From an uncultured Alphaproteobacteria bacterium (lineage in GTDB: Bacteria > Pseudomonadota > Alphaproteobacteria > Rickettsiales > UBA1997), in contig CAIYMZ010000119.1 of the NCBI GenBank assembly GCA_903927415.1, positions 1 to 40,688 on the forward strand: 40,688 bases of DNA, read 5' to 3'. Within the stretch, counting starts at the first letter, position 1, and each line of letters starts with the position of its first letter. This document shows, piece after piece, positions 34,642 to 40,688 of this stretch. Made by a program: the position numbers and the translations under genes. Below the pieces are notes generated by a model. It was not told the origin of the DNA. It made no database searches and was given only the letters and a program-made list of their open reading frames with translations.

Positions 34642-34941
34642 TTTTTTGAATCTTTGAACACAACGTAACGAACTAATAAAAAGCTAACTCCTACACAAGA
34701 AATATCTGATAAAATTTTTGCCAGCCATTCTTCAGAAAACTTCGACAAAACGATTAAGATCAAAGATCCCAGCGCCATATTTACAAATAACATTGCGACA
34801 TAGCGAAAAATTTCACCCAATATTTATGCAATTGGATAAAACAAGGTGCACACCAATTTTTGCGATCAACATAAAAGTTGAAAACTCTAAAGCGTAAGCT
34901 GCGACTTGGACCAAATTGTAGCGCACAAATTTTGCCAACAT
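34638..34941 (-). pseudogene. GtrA-like small membrane protein, interrupted by a 1-nt frameshift
   Basis: The N-terminal half, MLAKFVRYNLVQVAAYALEFSTFMLIAKIGVHLVLSNCINIG*, runs from 34941 to 34813. The C-terminal half (ORF 34638-34820) reads ..GEIFRYVAMLFVNMALGSLILIVLSKF...LLVRYVVF. Deleting one G of the GGG run (34816-34818) fuses them into about 100 aa. Confidence 0.65.
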
Positions 34942-35750
34942 TACTTTCGCCTTAGAACAATAATATGATGCAGAGCAAAAATTTTTAACATTGGAGTCAG
35001 GCAGAATTCCAGTAATTTTATTGGACCCTCAGCACGTCTCGGCACCAAGGTTTTAAAATTAAGACCACCCGACAAAAGATATCTTAAGTAATTGGTTAAA
35101 GGCCTTTGATAGACTATCTCTAGCTCTTTAAAATTTTTTTTAAAAATCTTCCGATCGCGCTCAAAAATTATGTAGCTAAGGGCCTGATTTGGCTTGTCAT
35201 TTTCAGCAATATTCCATTCTCCATTCTTGTTAAAATCTTCTGCGGAAAATAAATGCTTAAACAGAAAACTTGCCACAAGCCCGTAATAAGGCTCAATCAA
35301 AATTGCAACTCCCCCAGATGCTAGTACGCGTTCTAACTCATTAAAAAATTTTGATGGCTCAGGAAAATGATGGAAACAATTTTGTCCGTAAATCGCTCTA
35401 ACGCTGCCAGAATCAACGTCCATATTTAATGCATCTAACACTCTATCTAAATGATCAGCTTCAACAATATCTGTTGCTAAAACCTGCGGATAAGAATTTT
35501 TTATCGGATAAACACCAGCTCCAAGTTCAATGGAAATACCTTGGGCATTAATCGAATATTGTTGATCAAGATTTTTGATTTCGTGATGAAATTCTTCAAA
35601 AACATGTCTTAAAATTGGTTTACGATTCAGAGCCTGCTTGTGTAGAGTCAATCGGTTCAAGGCATTGGGATTAAGATTCATCATTCCTTTTTCACACAAG
35701 CTGTCGCGTAACCAATTCAAAAGTTTTATTATTTTAAGATCTCTTTTCAT
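34941..35750 (-). CDS. Class I SAM-dependent methyltransferase
   Basis: 269 aa with SIELGAGVYP (motif I) and a Methyltransf_11-like post-I/II region ...CFHHFPEPSKFFNELERVLASGGVAILIEP. Confidence 0.75.
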   Translation of the reverse strand: MKRDLKIIKLLNWLRDSLCEKGMMNLNPNALNRLTLHKQALNRKPILRHVFEEFHHEIKNLDQQYSINAQGISIELGAGVYPIKNSYPQVLATDIVEADHLDRVLDALNMDVDSGSVRAIYGQNCFHHFPEPSKFFNELERVLASGGVAILIEPYYGLVASFLFKHLFSAEDFNKNGEWNIAENDKPNQALSYIIFERDRKIFKKNFKELEIVYQRPLTNYLRYLLSGGLNFKTLVPRRAEGPIKLLEFCLTPMLKIFALHHIIVLRRK

Positions 35751-36714
35751 CTAGATGGATTAGTAGCGGCGTTTGTGGAGTAATTGTAACGTCGTAATTG
35801 ATGAAAGATAAAATTAGCTGCATACCTAAAATAATTGGAAGAGTAGCAATCATCACCACGCCGCTTGAGGAAAATCTATTGTGATAAGCAGATTCTATCC
35901 AGGCGCTGGCCCCATAAATTGCGCCAAAAGATGTCGCCGCCACTCCTACAACCAAACAAACTGAAGCAAAGGAGAAGTCTTTGATGTAGTAGTTGTAAGC
36001 TATGCGCTTCAACGTATTGCGTAAATGCTTGGATAAAAATGGCATGACGATTTTTTTGATCGAGAGATTGCTAACTTCGCTGCCGTAATTTGCCTTCATC
36101 GGCACATCGACTACCACAGCACGAATGATGTTTAAACGAAACAAAATATCTGATTCGAAGAAATATCTTCCGTCGATCTTGTCCAAAGCCATACATTTTA
36201 TGACGTCAGTATGTATTGCGGTGTATCCATTGGTTGGGTCAAAAACATTCCAATAGCCTGAAGAAAGTTTGGTCAAGAATGATAAAATCGCATTGCCAAT
36301 CAAGCGCACGCGAGGCATTGACATCACGTCATCCGGATTAAAGAAGCGATTTCCCTTGGTGTAGTCAGCTCTTCTTTTAATGATTGGAGCAACAAACTGA
36401 TGAATTAATTTTGGATCCATTTGGCCATCGCCATCCACCTTCACCACAATATCAATTTCATCTTTGATGGCCTCTTTATAGCCCCGCATTGTGGCACCGC
36501 CAACGCCAAGATTTTTTTCGTTGTAGATTACGCGAACCCTTTCATCTCGACAGTTTTCTTCTACGTATTTCCCGGATTCATTCGGACAGCAATCGTCAAC
36601 CACATAAATCATACTCACCTCGCTACCAATCTCTTTGATTACGCCCAAAATATGAGATTTAACTTTGTAGCAGGGAATAATAACGCCAATTTTTTCTTTG
36701 GGTTTTGCAGTCAT
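35734..36714 (-). CDS. Family 2 glycosyltransferase with two C-terminal TM helices (GtrB/ArnC/polyprenyl-phosphate sugar synthase type)
   Basis: VIIPCYKV, VVDDCCPNESG and VKVDGDGQMDP (DxD) motifs, plus C-terminal helices FASVCLVVGVAATSFGAIYGASAWI and VVMIATLPIILGMQLILSFI. Confidence 0.85.
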   Translation of the reverse strand: MTAKPKEKIGVIIPCYKVKSHILGVIKEIGSEVSMIYVVDDCCPNESGKYVEENCRDERVRVIYNEKNLGVGGATMRGYKEAIKDEIDIVVKVDGDGQMDPKLIHQFVAPIIKRRADYTKGNRFFNPDDVMSMPRVRLIGNAILSFLTKLSSGYWNVFDPTNGYTAIHTDVIKCMALDKIDGRYFFESDILFRLNIIRAVVVDVPMKANYGSEVSNLSIKKIVMPFLSKHLRNTLKRIAYNYYIKDFSFASVCLVVGVAATSFGAIYGASAWIESAYHNRFSSSGVVMIATLPIILGMQLILSFINYDVTITPQTPLLIHLDEKRS

Positions 36715-36719
36715 AAAAA

Positions 36720-37793
36720 TTAAAAATAATCGATGTCACTTAGAGTGAGATGCAGCGCAGTTTCTTGCTCCATCGCCATTAAGGAAGGATTATTGGCGTG
36801 AACAAAAATTGGAGTCGCGTGCGGCAAAAACTTGTCCGGCACTCCGACAAAAGGAAGGCCAAGAAATTTTTTACTAAGTTTTGTGCGCGGATTTAATAGC
36901 GTAAAAATAATATCAGCATCAGACAACATCGCTTTTTTTATGAGCAAGCAACGCAATGCAAAAGCCCGAAGCTTTGATAATTCATCATTCAGCAAAAAAT
37001 CCATAATCACAAAAAAACTGCAACCACTCAATTCAAGCTGTCGCCACACAATATAACCAAAATATTTTTCCTGCCCGTACACATGCGATACGCCGGCTTT
37101 CCACAAGGGGGCATCGCGGAATCGCCATTGTAATATTTCTTGATTGCGCACCGTCAAAAAATTATTTTTCTGACATTCTTTCTGACAGAATTCGTCGAAA
37201 TCTTGCGGACATTTTTCGCTTAAATTTACCGGGATAAATTTTCTGACCAAGTAAAGAAATGCCTCGAGAGTAAGTCGATATGGCGCGCCCATTAACTTTA
37301 AAAAAATATTTCTCAGATAAAATTTTTCCGGAAATAACTTACCTAATTTTAAAGGCAGTCCGAATCCTTGAAGAGAAAATGGATTGGAAAATCGCAGAAT
37401 CTTTTTGTAAATATTTTCAGTTTTCTCGTTTGAGGAATGAAAAATGACGTCGAAATCTTTAGCCTCTTTAATCGCCAAAGTCAGAGATAAAAAATTGCTC
37501 ACTGGCCTTCTGTAGCTTGGATGGACAAGGGCATCGGTAACAAAGGCCGCTTTGATTTTTTTGTCAGAGAGCTGAAATGTTCTTGGCTGAAGAATTGTAC
37601 GGCCGACTATTTTATCGCCGTCTTTTAGATGAAGAGCGGTCGATGCCCCAAACGGACCATTCAAATGCTTCCAGTTTAAGTGATCTTTCGATGTAACCGC
37701 TGGTAAATCGCCATATTCAACGCGAGATAATTTTGCAAATTCAGCAATAATTTCAGGACTAAATTTTTCGGATACGATATTGCATTTGCTCAT
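36720..37793 (-). CDS. GNAT-fold (two-lobed, FemAB/CelD-like) acyltransferase
   Basis: 357 aa. The N-terminal lobe, ...KIVGRTILQPRTFQL...AAFVTDALVHPSYRR, resembles an acyl-CoA/ACP N-acyltransferase core. The assignment rests on fold-level resemblance only. Confidence 0.5.
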   Translation of the reverse strand: MSKCNIVSEKFSPEIIAEFAKLSRVEYGDLPAVTSKDHLNWKHLNGPFGASTALHLKDGDKIVGRTILQPRTFQLSDKKIKAAFVTDALVHPSYRRPVSNFLSLTLAIKEAKDFDVIFHSSNEKTENIYKKILRFSNPFSLQGFGLPLKLGKLFPEKFYLRNIFLKLMGAPYRLTLEAFLYLVRKFIPVNLSEKCPQDFDEFCQKECQKNNFLTVRNQEILQWRFRDAPLWKAGVSHVYGQEKYFGYIVWRQLELSGCSFFVIMDFLLNDELSKLRAFALRCLLIKKAMLSDADIIFTLLNPRTKLSKKFLGLPFVGVPDKFLPHATPIFVHANNPSLMAMEQETALHLTLSDIDYF

Positions 37794-37803
37794 TTGAGAC
37801 CAA

Positions 37804-38040
37804 CTAAATGAGAGAATTCTTTTTTAATAAATTCAGAATTTTTTCTACCGAATCCGCCAAAGCCATTTCTTGAATTTGCGCTATTTTTCCTGCGAATAGT
37901 TTATCAAGAGCAACTAGAATACCCAACTGTCCCAACGAATCCCAGTTCTCAACATTTTCAGAAGAGCTGTCTTTTGTAATTGATCCTTGCGGAGCTTTAA
38001 GTGCGATTTCAATTTCTGTCAAAATCTTTTCTGCGTTCAT
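37804..38040 (-). CDS. Acyl carrier protein
   Basis: 78 aa with the DSLG phosphopantetheine-attachment motif (NVENWDSLGQLGILVAL). Confidence 0.8.
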   Translation of the reverse strand: MNAEKILTEIEIALKAPQGSITKDSSSENVENWDSLGQLGILVALDKLFAGKIAQIQEMALADSVEKILNLLKKNSLI

Positions 38041-38059
38041 TTTAAATCCCTTAAAAATT

Positions 38060-38776
38060 TTAATTATGTGCCATGTAAATATCGGTAGACCAAATCATCA
38101 TTCCAAATTTTTCAGAAAAACTGATGTCGTTTTTTTCACGCAATTCACGCAGTAACGCCGCATGTTGGTACATCTCTTTGGGCAAAGGCCACTCTGCTCT
38201 GCTCAGCATTCTTACTGTTTTAAAATTGTCCTGTGCCGCAGCAATGATTTTATCGATATTGGATAAAGAAATTACCGGAAAAAATATTTTTCCGCCTTCA
38301 TTTAAATAGTTTGGAGCTTCATTTAAAACCTGCGTCACCAAGGCCACGCCATCGAAACCGGCATCGCATGGGACGCCAGTAAACCACGGAGAAATTTCTG
38401 CGACCGCTTTGGCAACTCCCGAAATATCATTAACAATATAATCAAATTTCTCACCCTGCCACGGCTCAAATACTGATCCGCATTTAGCCACAATGTCGCA
38501 AGAATATTTGGCGGCATTTTTTTTGGCGCACTCAACAGCTGACTGACTCAAGTCTGAAGCACAAAGCGCACCTTTTACTAAACCAAGTTTGCTTAATGCC
38601 AAACCTGTAACGCCAATTCCACAGCCCAAATCCAATAATTTTCCAGGCTGATTCAAATGTTCGTGAACTGACTGAACCAATTCATTTGTAGTGCCAGTTG
38701 GCGTAAAAGCTCCTTCGCGAACTTTTAAAACCAATTCCTGATCTGAAGCGAATTTGAAAGTGAATGATTTTTCCAT
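38060..38776 (-). CDS. HemK/PrmC-fold SAM-dependent methyltransferase lacking the NPPY motif
   Basis: GAFTPTGTT and LLDLGCGIGVTGLAL (motif I) are present. FDYIVNDISGV sits where HemK-type enzymes have ..NPPY. Confidence 0.65.
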   Translation of the reverse strand: MEKSFTFKFASDQELVLKVREGAFTPTGTTNELVQSVHEHLNQPGKLLDLGCGIGVTGLALSKLGLVKGALCASDLSQSAVECAKKNAAKYSCDIVAKCGSVFEPWQGEKFDYIVNDISGVAKAVAEISPWFTGVPCDAGFDGVALVTQVLNEAPNYLNEGGKIFFPVISLSNIDKIIAAAQDNFKTVRMLSRAEWPLPKEMYQHAALLRELREKNDISFSEKFGMMIWSTDIYMAHN

Positions 38777-38779
38777 TTT

Positions 38780-39469
38780 TTAAATGCCGCCATCAATGTT
38801 AATTACGCTACCATTGGTATATTCGGACTTCATCAGAAACTCAATGGCATCGACGATGTTAGTAGGGTTACCAAGCTCTTTCGAGGGAATTTCTTCGAGA
38901 ATTTTTTTACGATTTTTTTCGTCTAAAGTTTCGATTAATCCGGTGCTAAAATATCCAAGCGCGATCACATTTGAAGTGATTCCGAAGCGAGCATATTCAC
39001 GAGAAAGGACGCGCGACATTCCTAAAAGTCCGGTTTTAGCAGCTGAGTAGGCAATGGTTCCCGGCGCGCCACGCAAGCCAGCGACCGAGGAAAGGTGAAT
39101 CACTCTGCCCCATTTCTGCTCAATCATTTTTAATAGCAATTCCCGCGTCAGTAAAAAATTTCCGCGCAAATTGACATCCATAACAGCGTCCCAACTATCA
39201 ATGCTAAATTGTGCTGCAATCCCATCAATGCTAAGTGCGGCGCCGTGAATTAAGGTAATTCTTTGCGAGGTTTCTTTAAGTGTAGTGCAGAAATTTTTTA
39301 CTTCTTCTTCCGAAGATAGATTAACGTTATGCCAAGAAATTTTTTTATCAGAAATTTTGGGAGCCTTAGAATTATAAAGCGCTACGACATCATCTAATCT
39401 TGTTAGTAATGGCAGAATATCTTTTCCAATTCCGCCGGAAGCGCCAGTTAAAATAATCATATTGTCCAA
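38780..39469 (-). CDS. Classical SDR, 3-oxoacyl-ACP reductase (FabG)-like
   Basis: TGASGGIGK cofactor motif, the SSVAG...YSAAK catalytic Ser-Tyr-Lys, and NVIALG. Confidence 0.85.
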   Translation of the reverse strand: MDNMIILTGASGGIGKDILPLLTRLDDVVALYNSKAPKISDKKISWHNVNLSSEEEVKNFCTTLKETSQRITLIHGAALSIDGIAAQFSIDSWDAVMDVNLRGNFLLTRELLLKMIEQKWGRVIHLSSVAGLRGAPGTIAYSAAKTGLLGMSRVLSREYARFGITSNVIALGYFSTGLIETLDEKNRKKILEEIPSKELGNPTNIVDAIEFLMKSEYTNGSVINIDGGI

Positions 39470-40422
39470 TTAATAAGAGTTGCACCCCAGGAGAATCCTA
39501 CACCAAAACCAACCACCATCACCTTGTCACCTTTTTTGAGACGGCCTTGCGAACTAGCATCTTGCAACGCAATTGGAATGGTGGCCGAGACTGTATTGCC
39601 GATTGATTCGTAATTTGTAAAAACTTTTTTGCGATCGAGTTTTAGCTGATCAATGAGTGCTTCAATCACAATTTTACTAGCTTGATGAAAGATCACCAAA
39701 TCAATGTCTTCGAGAGTTAAAGAGGCTTTGGCAAGAAGATTGTTAATGCTTTGCGGAACCACTCTCATCGTAAATAAAAAGACACTACCGCCCTGCATTT
39801 CAAGAGTTTTATCTTTTACAATAAGGCTACCAGATCCCGATCCATCGGTGCCAAACTCAAATGGACCAATTGAGTTTCCTTCACTTTTTTCTACCAAAAT
39901 TGCTGCAGCGCCATCGCTGAAGATCGGACGACAAGTGCGATCATTTTTAGAAATATATTTGGTGTAGGTATCTGAGCATAAAATCAGGCCTTTTTTAACA
40001 ACTCCTGATTCGATTAAACTGCCCGCAATACTTAGCGCATAAACAAATCCCGAACAGCCGAGATTCACATCAAATGCCATACAATTTGTGGAAAGACCGA
40101 AGCGATTTTGGAGAATGCACGCCGTAGTTGGTAAAGCGTAAGCTGGGGATTGCGTGACTAAAATTAACAAGTCTATTTTTTGTGAATTAATTTGTTTAAA
40201 TATTTTCATTCCAGCTTCGTAAGCTAGGTCGGAAGCAGTTTCATCCGGCGCAGAAATATAGCGCGTTACAATGCCGGTTTTCTCAAAAATTTTTGGCATA
40301 TCCCAATCAGGATTGTCCGCTTTTAATACTTCCACAGACTCCGCTTTTGCTGGCAAATGATAAGCAATTGCGCTTATTTTGATTTTCATAAATTCAATAT
40401 TTTCAATAAGAACATCATTCAT
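39457..40422 (-). CDS. 3-oxoacyl-ACP synthase III (FabH-like KAS III)
   Basis: The Cys-His-Asn triad is present in NLGCSGF, FHQAS and GNTVSATIP. The start may instead be the internal MKIKISAIAYHLP (ATG at 40389). Confidence 0.85.
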   Translation of the reverse strand: MNDVLIENIEFMKIKISAIAYHLPAKAESVEVLKADNPDWDMPKIFEKTGIVTRYISAPDETASDLAYEAGMKIFKQINSQKIDLLILVTQSPAYALPTTACILQNRFGLSTNCMAFDVNLGCSGFVYALSIAGSLIESGVVKKGLILCSDTYTKYISKNDRTCRPIFSDGAAAILVEKSEGNSIGPFEFGTDGSGSGSLIVKDKTLEMQGGSVFLFTMRVVPQSINNLLAKASLTLEDIDLVIFHQASKIVIEALIDQLKLDRKKVFTNYESIGNTVSATIPIALQDASSQGRLKKGDKVMVVGFGVGFSWGATLINWTI

Positions 40423-40425
40423 CGC

Positions 40426-40688
40426 ATGCCGATCCTGAATAAAATTTTATTTCTTAAGAAGATATCTCTCTCCTATTTTAGCCTTATCTTGCTTGGTATT
40501 TATGGAATCTTTTACGTTGGAAACGCACTGTCTCCATCATCTTACGGGGTATTTTTAGAAAGAATCGGAGCAAAATCCGAGGGATTGGTATGGGGAACTC
40601 CTCGATCGATTCGCAGCGATGAGTGGGGTGTTCACACGCCATTGATACAGGTTGCCGTCAATAATAATTTTGAACGCTACAATAAAAC
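40426..40688 (+). CDS. 5' part of an integral membrane protein running off the window (candidate GT-C type glycosyltransferase)
   Basis: Hand translation gives MPILNKILFLKKISLSYFSLILLGIYGIFYVGNALSPSSYGVFLERIGAKSEGLVWGTPRSIRSDEWGVHTPLIQ... The frame is open to the end of the window. It has a basic N-terminus, one TM helix, then a loop with an acidic SDEW motif. Confidence 0.5.
   Translation, partial: MPILNKILFLKKISLSYFSLILLGIYGIFYVGNALSPSSYGVFLERIGAKSEGLVWGTPRSIRSDEWGVHTPLIQVAVNNNFERYNK

Noticed and set aside
1-40688. Searched by eye for transposase, integrase, phage, toxin-antitoxin, restriction-modification or other defence genes that might mobilise the repeats or define an island.
   Set aside because: None of the ORFs of 60 aa or more shows DDE, HUH, tyrosine or serine recombinase, or nuclease motifs that I can recognise. 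The repeat elements appear non-autonomous within this window.

Overview
This is a 40.7-kb AT-rich bacterial chromosomal segment. Gene content and order suggest an alphaproteobacterium, probably host-associated; this is inference only, with no database search. The clues are hemE beside an AT-rich spacer with CtrA- and DnaA-type boxes, DUF2628 next to hisH, bolA-grxD, a MidA/NDUFAF7-type methyltransferase, and ankyrin and pentapeptide ORFs. Positions 138-27000 are mostly minus-strand housekeeping genes: ornithine-decarboxylase-like, ABC ATPase, grxD, bolA, pnp, rpsO, truB, atpGAH, agmatinase, purK, rlmE, two PLP lyases, VOC, RidA, bioB, hisH, rplT, rpmI, one tRNA(CAT), grpE, clpP and clpX. Positions 27231-30711 hold hemE, an ankyrin-repeat ORF and a MurU-like nucleotidyltransferase. 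Positions 30989-40688 hold a tightly coupled 11-gene minus-strand operon plus a divergent membrane-protein gene. It combines a Gtr/Arn-type lipid-carrier glycosylation core (GT2, GtrA-like, CE4 deacetylase, candidate GT-C) with a private acyl module (KAS III, ketoreductase, ACP, GNAT) and tailoring enzymes (two methyltransferases, an SDR, a GMC flavoprotein). This is my best candidate for an undescribed system. Three other themes stand out. (1) At least five unrelated families of palindromic repeat elements occur, and three copies sit in frame inside housekeeping genes (purK, rlmE, hisH), as Rickettsia RPEs do. (2) The bolA-like/hemE spacer is a candidate replication origin. (3) The accessory operon carries frameshifts exactly at poly-A slippery heptamers. 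I recognised no rRNA, CRISPR array, transposase or integrase. All protein calls rest on motifs read from the supplied translations, not on searches.
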